Assembly (NCBI GenBank): GCA_033581555.1
Contig: JAVQSZ010000002.1
Span: 70,065-134,064 of the forward strand
Length of the DNA: 64,000 bases
From: Nitrososphaerota archaeon
Lineage (GTDB): Archaea > Thermoproteota > Nitrososphaeria_A > Caldarchaeales > Calditenuaceae
Reading direction: 5' to 3'
In this document: in pieces, positions 1 through 10,101 of the stretch
How positions within the stretch are numbered: position 1 is the stretch's first letter
Layout of the letters: every line of letters starts with the position of its first letter
Translations under genes and position numbers: made by a program
Notes under the pieces: generated by a model
Told to the model about the DNA's origin: nothing
Database searches by the model: none
The model's input: the letters and a program-made list of their open reading frames with translations, nothing else

Positions 1-978
1 CTTCAGGACATGCACGTCAGGGAAATGATGAGGTACGCGCAGATCGCTGAGGAGCAAGGTTTCGAGTCGGTTTGGATCGCCGAGTCCAGGCTCTCGAGAG
101 ACGCGATAGTCCCGATGACCGCCATCGCCGCCGTGACAGAGAGGATCAAAGTTGGAGCGGGCGTGATCAACACCTGGACAAGGAACGCCGCGTTGATCGC
201 TCAGACATTCGCGACCCTCGACGAGCTCGCCGACGACAGGATCCTGCTGGGCCTCGGGGCTTGGTGGGACCCGCTCGCGTGGAAGGTCGGGATCGAGAGG
301 AGGGAGCCCCTTAAGTGCATGAGGGAGTACGTCGAGACGATCAGGAGGCTCCTCAGGATGGAGGAGGTGACCCATGAGGGCGAGTTCGTCAAGCTGAGGG
401 GCGTGAGGCTGGACGTCCTGCACGGCAAGGGTCCGGTCCCGAGGAACGTCCCGATCTACATCGGCGCCACCGGGTTCAAGATGATGGAGCTATCGGGCGA
501 GATAGCGGACGGCGTCCTCCTCAACTACTTGGTCTCGCCTCTTTACAACGACAAGGCCATCGAGCACATCAAGGTCGGGGCCGCGAGGGCCAAGAGGAGG
601 CTGGAGGACATCGACAGGCCCCAGCTGATAGCCTGCTCGGTCCACGAGGACGGCGACTACGCCGTCAAGCTCGCGAAGAAGCACGTAACGATGACCCTCG
701 GCCAGCAGCCCCACATCATGAAGGCGAGCGGCGTGAGAGAGGACCTAATCGAGGAGGTTCAGAGGGCGATGGGCGGATGGCCCGCGAAGCCTGGCGGGAT
801 CGAGAGGGCGATGGAGATCGTCCCGGACGACGTCGTGAGGCTCATTACGGCATCGGGCACGCCGTCCGAGGTGAAGAGGAAGATCGAAGAGTACATGGCC
901 CACGGCTGCACCGCGCCCCTCATCCTCCCGCTGAGCGGCGACGTCGAGTACGCGATTAGGGCCCTCGCAGCCCTCTGA
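1..978 (+). CDS. LLM-class flavin/F420-dependent oxidoreductase (luciferase-like monooxygenase family), 5' end truncated by window edge
   Basis: ORF 10..978; translation shows TIM-barrel LLM pattern ([12 protein letters not shown]..., [27 protein letters not shown]). The typical N-terminus is missing, so the gene probably begins upstream of base 1. Confidence 0.7.
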   Translation, partial: LQDMHVREMMRYAQIAEEQGFESVWIAESRLSRDAIVPMTAIAAVTERIKVGAGVINTWTRNAALIAQTFATLDELADDRILLGLGAWWDPLAWKVGIERREPLKCMREYVETIRRLLRMEEVTHEGEFVKLRGVRLDVLHGKGPVPRNVPIYIGATGFKMMELSGEIADGVLLNYLVSPLYNDKAIEHIKVGAARAKRRLEDIDRPQLIACSVHEDGDYAVKLAKKHVTMTLGQQPHIMKASGVREDLIEEVQRAMGGWPAKPGGIERAMEIVPDDVVRLITASGTPSEVKRKIEEYMAHGCTAPLILPLSGDVEYAIRALAAL

Positions 979-987
979 GGTGGGACG

Positions 988-2358
988 ATGAAGTCCGAGA
1001 GGAAGCTGGTCAGGGGCGGAGTGTTAGTCACGATGGACGACGAGCTCGGCGTGATCAGGGACGGAGCCGTCCTGGTCGAGGGCGAGAGGATAGCCGCGGT
1101 CGGGAAGGCCGACGAGTTGACGAGGACGGAGAAGGTCGACGAGGTCGTCGACGCGAGGGGGAGCTTCGTGCTTCCGGGGCTGATCTGCGGCCACACCCAT
1201 CTGTACGGGATCGCGCTGAGGGGATCCGGCCTGAAGGTCGAGCCGCCGACTGACTTCCTCCAGATCCTCCAGAGGGTCTGGTGGCCGCTGGACGAGAGGC
1301 TGGACAACGAGGCGGCTTACGCGACGGCCCTGGCCGCGTCCATGGAGATGGCCCTCACCGGGACCACCTGCTTCGCCGACACGTACTCCGCGCCCAACGG
1401 AATCGAGGGGTCCCTCGACGCGATCGCAAGGGCGGTCGACGAGGTCGGGATCAGGGGCCTGATCTCCTTCGAGGCGACGGAGAGGCGGAGCGGCGATGAG
1501 GGCCTTAGGGGGCTGAAGGAGAACGAGCGGTTCCTCTCGAGCTCATCCTCGCGGAGGGCGATGGGGATGGTGAGCGTCCACGCGTCCTTCACGGTCACCG
1601 ACGAGCTGATCGAGAGGGCCGTAGAACTCTCGAGGCGGTTCGACTGCCCGATCACGGTCCACGTCTCCGAGGGGCCGAACGACGTCTACCACAACATCGA
1701 GAGGTACGGCATCAGGACCGTCGAGAGGCTCGAGGGGCTGGGGTTGCTCTCGCCGAGGGCTGTCCTGGCCCACTGCGTCCACCTCTCACCGAAGGAGATA
1801 TCGATCCTCGCGAGGACGGGGGCGAACGTCGCCCACAACCCGATGAGCAACATGCTGAACGCCGTGGGCGTCTCCCCGGTCCCGGAGATGCTCAGGGAGG
1901 GCGTGAACGTCTGCCTCGGGAACGACGGCTACGTCTTCGACGCCTTCGAGAACGCGAGGGCCGCGTTCCTGGTCCACAGGGTCCACAGGAGGGACCCGAC
2001 CGCGCTCTCCGCGAAGGTGGTGCTAGAGATGGCGACCGTCAGGGCTGCTGGGGCTTACGGCCTGAAGGACCTAGGGTCCCTGAGGCCCGGGAAGCTCGCG
2101 GACCTGATCGTCGTGAGGCCGACCGTAATGGCTACGCCCCTCACCGGAGACCCGTACTCCTACGTCGTCAACGGGCTGAGGGGATCGGACGTAAGGCTCG
2201 TGATGGTCGGCGGCGAGGTCGTCGCTAGAGACGGGAGGCTCACGAGGCTCGACCAGAGGGAGGCGGAGGAGAGGGTCCTCAGGTCGATCGAGAGGCTCTG
2301 GGAGAAGTTGGGCGAGGGGCCGCTCAGGGCCGTCGAGCCTCTGCGCGGAGGTGCGTGA
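988..2358 (+). CDS. Metal-dependent amidohydrolase (chlorohydrolase / SsnA / MTA-SAH-deaminase-like family)
   Basis: 456 aa. Motifs PGLICGHTHLYGIALRG (HxH metal site), later VHVSEGPNDV and CLGNDGYVFDAF, typical of subtype III amidohydrolases. 10 nt gap to upstream gene, 4 nt overlap with downstream gene. Confidence 0.75.
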   Translation: MKSERKLVRGGVLVTMDDELGVIRDGAVLVEGERIAAVGKADELTRTEKVDEVVDARGSFVLPGLICGHTHLYGIALRGSGLKVEPPTDFLQILQRVWWPLDERLDNEAAYATALAASMEMALTGTTCFADTYSAPNGIEGSLDAIARAVDEVGIRGLISFEATERRSGDEGLRGLKENERFLSSSSSRRAMGMVSVHASFTVTDELIERAVELSRRFDCPITVHVSEGPNDVYHNIERYGIRTVERLEGLGLLSPRAVLAHCVHLSPKEISILARTGANVAHNPMSNMLNAVGVSPVPEMLREGVNVCLGNDGYVFDAFENARAAFLVHRVHRRDPTALSAKVVLEMATVRAAGAYGLKDLGSLRPGKLADLIVVRPTVMATPLTGDPYSYVVNGLRGSDVRLVMVGGEVVARDGRLTRLDQREAEERVLRSIERLWEKLGEGPLRAVEPLRGGA

Positions 2359-3620
2359 GCGTGTCCTTCGTCAGGGAGCTGGTCTGCTCGAGGTGCGGAA
2401 GGAGCTACCTGCCGACCGAGAGGCCGGTCCTCTGCGCCTCCAGGGACCTCGGGAGGCTCGACGTGGTCTACGACTACGAGGAGCTGAAGGAGTTCCTGAC
2501 CAGGGAGGCGGTCTCGAGGAGGCCTTGGGCCGGAGGGGTCTGGAGGTACTGGGAACTGCTCCCTGCCGCGATGGAGTTCGGCGCGCCCTTCGACGAGGGC
2601 CTGACACCGCTGTTCTGCGCCAGGAGGCTCAACGACCACCTCGGCCTGAGGAGGATGAGGCTGAAGGACGAGACCCGGAACCCCACGAGCTCCTTCAAGG
2701 ACAGGGCGATGGCCGTGGGAGCCGCGAAGGCCGCCGAGTGGGGTGCGGAGACGGTTGTGACCGCATCGAGCGGGAACGCTGCCTCAGCGCTAGCCGCATA
2801 CGCAGCGAGCCTGGGCCTGAAGTGCGTCGCGTTCGTCCCCGAGAACGTCTCGCTCGGGAAGGCGGCGCAGCTGATCTCCTACGGCGCGAGGCTCTTCAGG
2901 GTCAAGTCGGTCGAGGAGGGGAGGGACCCGACGGTCCAGGCGATGCTGAGAGCGGTCGAGGAGTTCGGGTGGTACCCCTGTCCGAGCTTCGGCCCCTTCA
3001 ACCCGTACCAGGTCGAGGGCCCCAAGACCATCGTCTACGAGGTCGCGGAGCAGTTGGGCTGGAGGTTCCCGGACGCGTTCATCGTCCCGACTGGCTCGGG
3101 GTGCCTTCTCGCGGGGATCTGGAAGGGCGTGAGGGATCTGGTCGAGCTGGGGCTCGTTGAGGGCGAGATGCCGAGGTTGATAGCGGTCCAGCCGGAGGGG
3201 AACCAGCCCCTGGTGAGGGCTGTCAGGAAGGGACTCTCCTTCAGCGATGTCGTGCCCGAGAGGTCGCCCAAGTCGATCGCCTCCGGGTTGCTGGACCCGT
3301 ACCCCTGGGACGGCGACGCGGCGATGGAGGGGATAAGGAGGACCGGTGGGACAGGGGTCGCGGTCACCGACGAGGAGATCCTCGAGGCGGTCAAGCTCCT
3401 AGCCAGCAAAGCAGGCGTCTTCGCGGAGCCCTCGGGCGCGGTCGGAGTCGCGGCCGCGGTGAGGCTGCAGGACGAGGGCCACCTCGACGGGTCGGACGAG
3501 GTAGTAGTGCTGGTCACGGGTTCGGGGCTGAAGGAGGTCGAGAAGCTGGTCCCGACGGTCGGTGAGATACCGCTGATAACGCCTGACGTCGAGCAGTTGA
3601 GGCGCTACCTGGGGACCTGA
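2355..3620 (+). CDS. thrC: Threonine synthase-like PLP enzyme with N-terminal Cys4 zinc ribbon
   Basis: 421 aa. N-terminal C-x2-C ribbon (CSRCGRSY ... LCAS). PLP-lysine motif TSSFKDRAM. Gly-rich PLP loop TASSGNAASALAAYAA, fold type II. Start overlaps the amidohydrolase stop (GTG start). Confidence 0.8.
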   Translation: MSVSFVRELVCSRCGRSYLPTERPVLCASRDLGRLDVVYDYEELKEFLTREAVSRRPWAGGVWRYWELLPAAMEFGAPFDEGLTPLFCARRLNDHLGLRRMRLKDETRNPTSSFKDRAMAVGAAKAAEWGAETVVTASSGNAASALAAYAASLGLKCVAFVPENVSLGKAAQLISYGARLFRVKSVEEGRDPTVQAMLRAVEEFGWYPCPSFGPFNPYQVEGPKTIVYEVAEQLGWRFPDAFIVPTGSGCLLAGIWKGVRDLVELGLVEGEMPRLIAVQPEGNQPLVRAVRKGLSFSDVVPERSPKSIASGLLDPYPWDGDAAMEGIRRTGGTGVAVTDEEILEAVKLLASKAGVFAEPSGAVGVAAAVRLQDEGHLDGSDEVVVLVTGSGLKEVEKLVPTVGEIPLITPDVEQLRRYLGT

Positions 3621-5005
3621 GCCCTCGTCGCCCTATGGACGTACCGCCCCCTCCCGGGCCTCGAGGTGACCTCTCCGTCCTCAGCGACCACTTCGCCCCT
3701 CGAGATCGTCAGCACGGGGTACCCCGTGACCTCAACCCCCTCGTAGATCGAGAAGTCGAGCCTGCTGTGGAGGACGTCCTTCCCGAGCCTCACCCTCCTC
3801 TCCGGATCGATCAGAACGATGTCCGCGTCCGCTCCCACCGCGATCCTCCCCTTTCTCGGGTAGAGGCCGTAGACCCTCGCGGGGACGTAGGAGGTCAGGC
3901 GGACGAAGCGTTCGAGGCTGATCCTGCCCTTCCTCACTCCCTCCGAGAAGAGCGTCGGAACGATCGTCTCAGTCCCCTGGACGCCGCCCGGGATCTCCCT
4001 GAAGTCCCTCGACTTGAGCTTGTGGGCAGAGGCATAGGGCGCGTGGTCGCTCCCCACCACGTCGATCTGCCCCGAGGCGAGCCCGGACCAGAGGGCCTGG
4101 GCGTCCTCCCGCGTCCTCAGGGGCGGCGCCATGACGAAGAGCCCACCGTCGGGCCTCGAGTAGACCTCCTTCGTGAGGAGGAGGTAGTGGGGACAGGTCT
4201 CAACCCACATCCTCGCCCCGATCCCCCTCGCGGCCTCCGCGGCCCTCAACCCCGCTCCCGAGGAGAGGTGGACGACCAGGACCTCTGCCCCGGTCACCGA
4301 CGAGAGGTAGCCGAGCCTCAGGACCGCCTCCGCCTCCGAGACCGCCGGCCTGCTCTCCTCGTACCTCGAGACGTCCGCACCCGCCTCCTCCACGACCCTC
4401 TCGGTCTCCTTCAGGACAATCCACTCGTTCTCGCAGTGGCAGAGGACCAGCACCCCGGCCCTCGAGGCCCAGCTCAGCGCCCTGAGGAGGGACCCGTCGT
4501 CGATCATCAGCCCCCTCCTGCTGTAGGCCGTGAAGACCTTGACCGAGGAGACGCCCCTCCCGCCCACGAGCTCGTTCAGCTCAGCCTCTACCCTCGGACC
4601 CCACTCGAGGACGCAGACGTGGAGCCCGAAGTCGATCCTCGACTTCGCTGACGCGGCCGCCAGCCTCTCCTCGAAGGCCCCGACGATCGATCCTCCCCTC
4701 TCGGGCGTGACGAAGTCGATGAAGGTCGTGACGCCACCACACGAGGCCGCTGAGCTGCCCGAGTCGAAGTCATCAGCGGTCGCCATCCCACCGCCGTACT
4801 GCATCTCGAAGTGGACGTGCCCGTCTATCGCACCAGGGACGACCACTTTCCCGGAGGCGTCGATCACCCTTTCGGCCCGTGCCTCGATCGACTTCGCGAT
4901 GACCGCTATCTTCCCGCCCTCGACCCCAATCTCGCACTCGAAGGTCCCGAACGGGTCAGCCACCCTGCAGTTCCTCAGGACCAGGTCAAACCCCAACTCC
5001 CGCAC
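3605..5005 (-). CDS. Dihydropyrimidinase / hydantoinase-family cyclic amidohydrolase
   Basis: ORF track gives 3605..5158. The first ~50 aa are S/R/T-rich low complexity with no homology signal. The conserved N-terminus (LVLRNCRVADP..., PGAIDGHVHFEMQYGGGMATADDF..GGVTTFIDF) begins at a GTG at 5005 or TTG at 4996. This sits directly after the ade stop at 5016. Confidence 0.7.
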   Translation of the reverse strand: MRELGFDLVLRNCRVADPFGTFECEIGVEGGKIAVIAKSIEARAERVIDASGKVVVPGAIDGHVHFEMQYGGGMATADDFDSGSSAASCGGVTTFIDFVTPERGGSIVGAFEERLAAASAKSRIDFGLHVCVLEWGPRVEAELNELVGGRGVSSVKVFTAYSRRGLMIDDGSLLRALSWASRAGVLVLCHCENEWIVLKETERVVEEAGADVSRYEESRPAVSEAEAVLRLGYLSSVTGAEVLVVHLSSGAGLRAAEAARGIGARMWVETCPHYLLLTKEVYSRPDGGLFVMAPPLRTREDAQALWSGLASGQIDVVGSDHAPYASAHKLKSRDFREIPGGVQGTETIVPTLFSEGVRKGRISLERFVRLTSYVPARVYGLYPRKGRIAVGADADIVLIDPERRVRLGKDVLHSRLDFSIYEGVEVTGYPVLTISRGEVVAEDGEVTSRPGRGRYVHRATRAQVPR

Positions 5006-5015
5006 CGCCTTGAGC

Positions 5016-6800
5016 TCAGGCCGGGACGACGGCCGCGACCGGGTCGACGAACCTCTGCGCGTTGACGTCGAAGAGACCCTTGTCGGTAACGCGGGCCTCG
5101 GGGATGACCGAGAGCGTGAGGAGTGAGACGATCGGCATGTACGGGTGGTCGATCGCACCGAGCCTCTCCAGCGCCCTTCTGAATCCCCTCATCTTCTCCG
5201 CCATGACCCGCACGGGCTCCTCGGACATCAGCCCCGCGATCGGGAGCTCTATCCTCGAGAGGACCTCGCCGTTCAGGGTCGCGACCAGTCCTCCCTCCGA
5301 CTTGACGACCTCTGTCGCCGCGAGGTGCATGTCCCTCGGGTCGGTCCCTATCACTGCGAGGTTGTGGGAGTCGTGGGCGACCGTGGTCGCGATCGCGCCC
5401 CTCTCCATGAAGCCCTTCACGAACCCGTAGCCCCTCTTCCCAGTGCCCCTGTGCCTCTCCATTACCACCATCAGCGCGACGTCGCCCAGCAGGGCCCTAC
5501 CTCCCCTGACTTCGACCTCGGCGGTAGACCTCTTCGTCACGATCATCTCCAGGAACGCCCTCGAGACGTCTTCCACGGACGGGTCGGGCCTCCTGAACTC
5601 GATCACGTTCAGGACCAGCTTGCCGTCGCTGATCGGCGGCCTGAACTCGAAGTCTTCAGGCCTCAGGTCCTTGACCCTGACGGTGCCCAGGGCTCTCTTG
5701 TCGAACCTCCTCTCCGGGAGCTCCGCGACGAGCCTTCCGTCCCTCGCGACGACCTTGCCCCCGAAGAGCACCATCCTCACGTCGATCCTCTTCAGGCTAC
5801 CGAGGACTACTAGGTCGGCGAGCTTACCAGGCGAGACCGCTCCCAGCTCGAACATCCTCATGTGGGTCGCGGGCCTCAGTGTCACGCTCCGGATCGCCTC
5901 GACCTCGTCCATGCCGGCCTCGATCATCGACCTGACCACGAAGTCCAGGTGTCCCCTCTCCGCGAGCGTGTCGGGCATCACGTCGTCCGTCACAAGGATC
6001 ACCCGGTTCCAGGGGCTCGGGAGAGAGCCGATCGACCTCACGAACCTCCTTGGGTCCAGGATGTAGGGCCCCCTCAGCTTGACGTACATCCCCCTCCTGA
6101 GCTTCTCGACCGCCGACTCGACAGTGAAGTTCTCGTGGTCTGCCTCAGGGCCCGTCGCGACGTACGCGTTCAGCCTCGCGCCTGAGAGGAGTACGCAGTG
6201 CCCGTCGATCACGCACCTCCTCCTCCAGCCTATCTCGAGGATCCGCATGAACTTCTCACGGCCCGCGAGGACCGACTCGAAGTCCATCACCTCGCCCAGC
6301 CCCACAATCCCTTCCCAGTCGAGGGCCCTCTCGACGTCCTCCGGGGTGATCTCGGCCCCAGCCGTCACCGCATCGGACTCCGGGACGCAGGTCGGGACGA
6401 AGTAGGTGATCCTCATCGGTAATTCCCTAGAGTTCTCGAGCATCATCCTGACGCCCTCGATCCCGAGGACGTTCGCGATCTCGTGGGGGTCAGCGCAGAC
6501 CGTCGTGGTGCCGTGCGGGAGGACGGCCTCCGCGAACCTAACCGGGGTGACCATGCTGCTCTCGATGTGGAGGTGGGTGTCGATGAAGCCCGGCACCACC
6601 ACGCCCTCTACGTCCAACACGCCCTCGGCGCTCGGAGCGTCCTTGCCCACGTAGACTACCCTGTCCCTGTATATCCCGACGTCGGCCCATTCTACCTCAC
6701 CCGAGTAGACGTTGAGGACCTGGGCGCCCCTCAAAAGGAGCGTGAGTTTCCTTTTGCCCTGCGCAGCCTCGACGAGCTCCCTGATGTACTGCGCGTCCAT
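5016..6800 (-). CDS. ade: Adenine deaminase
   Basis: 594 aa. N-terminal LLRGAQVLNVYSGE..., metal site PGFIDTHLHIESSM. Length and motifs match the adenine deaminase (AdeC) family of amidohydrolases. Confidence 0.8.
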   Translation of the reverse strand: MDAQYIRELVEAAQGKRKLTLLLRGAQVLNVYSGEVEWADVGIYRDRVVYVGKDAPSAEGVLDVEGVVVPGFIDTHLHIESSMVTPVRFAEAVLPHGTTTVCADPHEIANVLGIEGVRMMLENSRELPMRITYFVPTCVPESDAVTAGAEITPEDVERALDWEGIVGLGEVMDFESVLAGREKFMRILEIGWRRRCVIDGHCVLLSGARLNAYVATGPEADHENFTVESAVEKLRRGMYVKLRGPYILDPRRFVRSIGSLPSPWNRVILVTDDVMPDTLAERGHLDFVVRSMIEAGMDEVEAIRSVTLRPATHMRMFELGAVSPGKLADLVVLGSLKRIDVRMVLFGGKVVARDGRLVAELPERRFDKRALGTVRVKDLRPEDFEFRPPISDGKLVLNVIEFRRPDPSVEDVSRAFLEMIVTKRSTAEVEVRGGRALLGDVALMVVMERHRGTGKRGYGFVKGFMERGAIATTVAHDSHNLAVIGTDPRDMHLAATEVVKSEGGLVATLNGEVLSRIELPIAGLMSEEPVRVMAEKMRGFRRALERLGAIDHPYMPIVSLLTLSVIPEARVTDKGLFDVNAQRFVDPVAAVVPA

Positions 6801-6830
6801 ACCGATTGGGCGTCGCCGGTGTTAATTTAG

Positions 6831-7529
6831 GTGAGGGGCCATGACCCCGGGACCGCGGCCTGGACAAACCGATATCTCTCGGGGCTTGTGGGAAAGGGGA
6901 GCATGGAGCAGGTCCAGGGGAGGCTGCCTCCAGGTCAGAGGTACGTCCGGGACTTCATCGTCTACGCGGCGCTGGGGATACCGAGGGTCGACCTGAACAG
7001 CTACAGGCTCTCGGTGACTGGTCTCGTCGAGAGGCCGCTCTCGTTCACCTACGAGGAGCTGCTCAGGATGCCGATGAAGAAGTACGTCAGGGACGCCCAC
7101 TGCGTTACCAAGTGGTCGGTGAAGGACGTCGAGTGGGAGGGAGTTCAGATCAGGTACCTCGCCGAGCTCGCCGGCGTCAAGCCCGAGGCCAGGTGGGTGA
7201 TGTTCAGGTGCCTAGACGGCTACTCGGCCCCCGTGCCGGTAGAGGACGCGCTGGACGAGTACTCTATCGTCGCTTTAAGGATCAACGGGAGGCCCATACC
7301 CCTCGAGAACGGGTTCCCCGCGAGGCCCTTCATCCCCCACCTCTACCTCTGGAAGAGCGCGAAGTGGTTGAACGAGATCGAGTTCATCGAGGAGTATGAG
7401 GACGGGTTCTGGGAGAGGCCAGAGAACGGCGGCTACCATGAGCGGGGGAACGTCTGGCAGGAGGAGAGGTTCAAGGACGCGGGCGGGTTCCACTCGAGGA
7501 GGAGGCCGATCAGGCCGAAGGGTTTCTGA
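6831..7529 (+). CDS. Sulfite-oxidase-family molybdopterin-binding oxidoreductase (YedY/MsrP-like catalytic domain)
   Basis: 232 aa. Conserved Mo-ligand region [18 protein letters not shown] and [16 protein letters not shown]. The true start may be the internal Met at 6903 (MEQVQ...). Confidence 0.7.
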   Translation: MRGHDPGTAAWTNRYLSGLVGKGSMEQVQGRLPPGQRYVRDFIVYAALGIPRVDLNSYRLSVTGLVERPLSFTYEELLRMPMKKYVRDAHCVTKWSVKDVEWEGVQIRYLAELAGVKPEARWVMFRCLDGYSAPVPVEDALDEYSIVALRINGRPIPLENGFPARPFIPHLYLWKSAKWLNEIEFIEEYEDGFWERPENGGYHERGNVWQEERFKDAGGFHSRRRPIRPKGF

Positions 7530-7550
7530 GCTCCTGATGCCAGGCCCACA

Positions 7551-8318
7551 TCAAGATGGCAAGAACTTGGACCTGAGCCTGCTGCTCGCGACGTCTATCG
7601 CAACGACGAACGCTAGGACCACGAGCAGGGCCGTCGTGAGGGACCTGTAGTCGAGGACCTGGACGTAGGAGAGGATGTAGAACCCGATGCCTCCCGCGCC
7701 GACCAGCCCGAGGATCGTCGAGGCCCTCACGTTGTACTCGAACATGAAGATCGCCTGGCTGATGATGTAGTTCGCAGACTCAGGGATCACGACGTACCTC
7801 ATCAGAGCCAGCTTCCCCGCGCCAGAGATCCTGACCGAGTCTAGGACGTCCCTGTCGACCGCATCGAAGGCCTCGTAGAGTAGCTTGCCGAGGTATCCGA
7901 TCGAGTACACCGCGGTCCCCAGGACGCCGGCTAGGGGCCCGAACCCGACTGTGATGACGAAGAGGAGCGCCCAGAGGATGGCCGGGATGGTCCTAATCAC
8001 AGACAGGAGGAACCTGAAGAAGCTGGTGACCGGCGCAGTGAACAACGACCTGCTGCTCAGCGATGCCAGCGGCACCGAGACTAGGACCGCGAGCGTCGTC
8101 CCGGCGAGCGCTATCAACACCGTCTCGAGCATGCTCCCGAGGAGAACCGGTATCGGCTCCGGGTCTGGAGGGAAGGCGTTCGCGAGGAAGACGCAGAGGT
8201 TCGGGAGCTTGGAGATCGTCCTTGGGCTGAAGGCTCCGAAGTGCCAAAGCAGGACCAGCGCGACCCCCAGGAGGATCAGGAGGTTCGCGTTGGGGCCGGC
8301 CCACCGTAAGGCCCTCAA
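7551..8318 (-). CDS. phnE: ABC transporter permease, phosphonate/phosphite PhnE-like
   Basis: 255 aa, six predicted TM segments. Forms a 3-gene block with the upstream ATPase and binding protein; 4 nt overlap with ATPase stop. Confidence 0.55.
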   Translation of the reverse strand: MRALRWAGPNANLLILLGVALVLLWHFGAFSPRTISKLPNLCVFLANAFPPDPEPIPVLLGSMLETVLIALAGTTLAVLVSVPLASLSSRSLFTAPVTSFFRFLLSVIRTIPAILWALLFVITVGFGPLAGVLGTAVYSIGYLGKLLYEAFDAVDRDVLDSVRISGAGKLALMRYVVIPESANYIISQAIFMFEYNVRASTILGLVGAGGIGFYILSYVQVLDYRSLTTALLVVLAFVVAIDVASSRLRSKFLPS

Positions 8319-9022
8319 AACACGCTCAGGACCTCCTCGACGGACGCGTTAGAAGCGTCCTTGTGGAGCGCGATCCGGCCGTCCCTGATCACAGCGACCT
8401 TGTCGCCGAACTTCGGGACGAGGTGGACGTCGTGTGTGGTGATCGCGAACCCTATCCCTTGCGTCCTCAGGTCCCTAGTCAGCTCCAACACCTCCAGCGA
8501 AGTTAAGGGGTCGAGCTGGGAGACGAACTCGTCGGCGAGGACAATCTTCGCGCCTTGGACCAGTGCCCTCGCGATCGCGACCCTCTGCTTCTGCCCGCCG
8601 CTAAGCTCTTTCGCCTTGACGTTGACGTAATCCCCGAGTCCCAGGAGCTCGCAGGCGTCCTTCGCCCTCGAGACCGCCTCTCTGGGGAAGGACCCGACGA
8701 CCTGCGAGAAGAGCGAGAGCCCGCCGAGGGCCCCGAGGAGCGCGTTCTCCAGGACCGTGAGGTTCTCGACGATGCCGATCGCCTGCGGGACGTAAGCTAT
8801 GGCCCGACTTCGCCTCCCGTCGACTTGAAGGCCCTCGTATACCACGGAGCCCGACTGTGGTTTCAGGAGGCCCGCCGCGAGCTTGAGGAGCGTCGTCTTC
8901 CCCGCGCCGCTCCTCCCCAGGACCATCAGGACCTCGCCGGACTCGATGTCCAGGCTCACGGAGCTGAGGACCGGCCTCCCGGGCCTGTAGGCGAAGCTCA
9001 CGTCCCGCAGCGATATCCTCAA
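8315..9022 (-). CDS. phnC: ABC transporter ATP-binding protein, PhnC-like
   Basis: 235 aa. Walker A GRSGAGKTTLLK, signature LSGGQKQRVAIARAL, Walker B ILADEF. Confidence 0.6.
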   Translation of the reverse strand: MRISLRDVSFAYRPGRPVLSSVSLDIESGEVLMVLGRSGAGKTTLLKLAAGLLKPQSGSVVYEGLQVDGRRSRAIAYVPQAIGIVENLTVLENALLGALGGLSLFSQVVGSFPREAVSRAKDACELLGLGDYVNVKAKELSGGQKQRVAIARALVQGAKIVLADEFVSQLDPLTSLEVLELTRDLRTQGIGFAITTHDVHLVPKFGDKVAVIRDGRIALHKDASNASVEEVLSVF

Positions 9023-9032
9023 CGGAGGTCCC

Positions 9033-9962
9033 TCAAGCGTCGTACCCGAGCCCCGTCAGCTCGATGAACCTTTGCAGGGAGGCGAGGTGCTCCTTCGAGT
9101 CCTTCCTCTCCCACCCGACGAAGAGCCCGGAGACGAGCCTCCTCATGAGCTCCCTGTACTCCTCCCTCCCGAGGTCCTCAAAGGCCGAGATCAGGAGCTC
9201 CCTCGTCCGCGGGTCCAGCCTCTTCGAGACGACCAGCGTGTGGGACGGGAGCGGCCCCTGCTGCTCGATCACCCTGGTCGTGGCCATCACCTTCTGGAAG
9301 AGGTCGTAAGCGACGTCGCCCGCGGTCACGGTCACGTCCACGTTCCCGGCCATCAAAGCCTCGTAGCACTGCTGGTATCCGCCGCCGAAGTAAACCTCGG
9401 AGAAGAACTCCTTCGGGTCGACGGGCTTATCGCCCTTCCTGGTCAGGAGACCGAGCTCAACCATCCTCGCGAGCGGCGCCAGGTAACCCGAGGACGAGAT
9501 GGGGCTCGGGAAGCAGACCCTCTTCCCCCTCAGGTCCTCGAGCTTGGTGTACGGCGAGTCCGGCCTCACGATCCAGTACGAGAAGTAGAACGTGCCCTCG
9601 ACCCTCCTGCCGTCGATCGCCACGGTCCTCACCTCCGCGAGGTAGACCTCCGAGTCCGCGACCCTCACCGCGATCGCGGACGGCCACGAGCCCATCATCG
9701 CCGCGTGGACGTTGACGTACCTCAGCGCCTCGATCACCGCCGAGTAGCTCGTCGGGACGTAGACCTCGACCGGTCTGCCGAGCTTGGCCGTCAGGTACTC
9801 CTTCAGCTGCTGGGCCCTCTCGAGGATCGCTGCGGGGTTCTGAGTCGGTTGGATCGCGACAACGATCGGCTCGTCTCTGGTCTGCACGCCCCAGAGGGAC
9901 CAAACCGCGATGGACGCCAACGCGACGATCGCAAGGATCCCGAGGAGGTGCGAGCGTCTCAC
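9033..9962 (-). CDS. phnD: Phosphonate/phosphite/phosphate-family ABC substrate-binding protein, PhnD-like
   Basis: 309 aa. N-terminal signal/TM (LLGILAIVALASIAVWSLW), then a periplasmic-binding-protein type 2 pattern. Sits first in the operon with phnC/phnE. Confidence 0.55.
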   Translation of the reverse strand: MRRSHLLGILAIVALASIAVWSLWGVQTRDEPIVVAIQPTQNPAAILERAQQLKEYLTAKLGRPVEVYVPTSYSAVIEALRYVNVHAAMMGSWPSAIAVRVADSEVYLAEVRTVAIDGRRVEGTFYFSYWIVRPDSPYTKLEDLRGKRVCFPSPISSSGYLAPLARMVELGLLTRKGDKPVDPKEFFSEVYFGGGYQQCYEALMAGNVDVTVTAGDVAYDLFQKVMATTRVIEQQGPLPSHTLVVSKRLDPRTRELLISAFEDLGREEYRELMRRLVSGLFVGWERKDSKEHLASLQRFIELTGLGYDA

Positions 9963-10101
9963 GCCCGCTAGAGTATAACGTCGTTATAATAACCTTTCAC
10001 GACGACAACGCCCGACACGGGAGGACGACCGTCAGTAAGGCTCACTGAACCCTGAAATTCCCGCACGGGCGAGCGGATTTCACGGCGTTAAACCACGACC
10101 A

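Noticed and set aside
3635-4651. 338-aa + strand ORF antisense to the dihydropyrimidinase gene
   Set aside because: The translation is P/R/G/D-rich low complexity, as expected when GC-rich coding DNA is read in the opposite frame. The opposite strand carries a well-supported amidohydrolase.
5005-5158. N-terminal 51-codon extension of the dihydropyrimidinase ORF overlapping the 3' end of ade
   Set aside because: The extension is S/R/T-rich with no similarity to family N-termini. The conserved N-terminus begins at a GTG/TTG just after the ade stop, so I trimmed the call.
9072-9971. 299-aa + strand ORF antisense to phnD
   Set aside because: Same GC-frame artefact (R/P/D/L-rich, no motifs). phnD on the - strand has a coherent signal peptide and binding-protein pattern.
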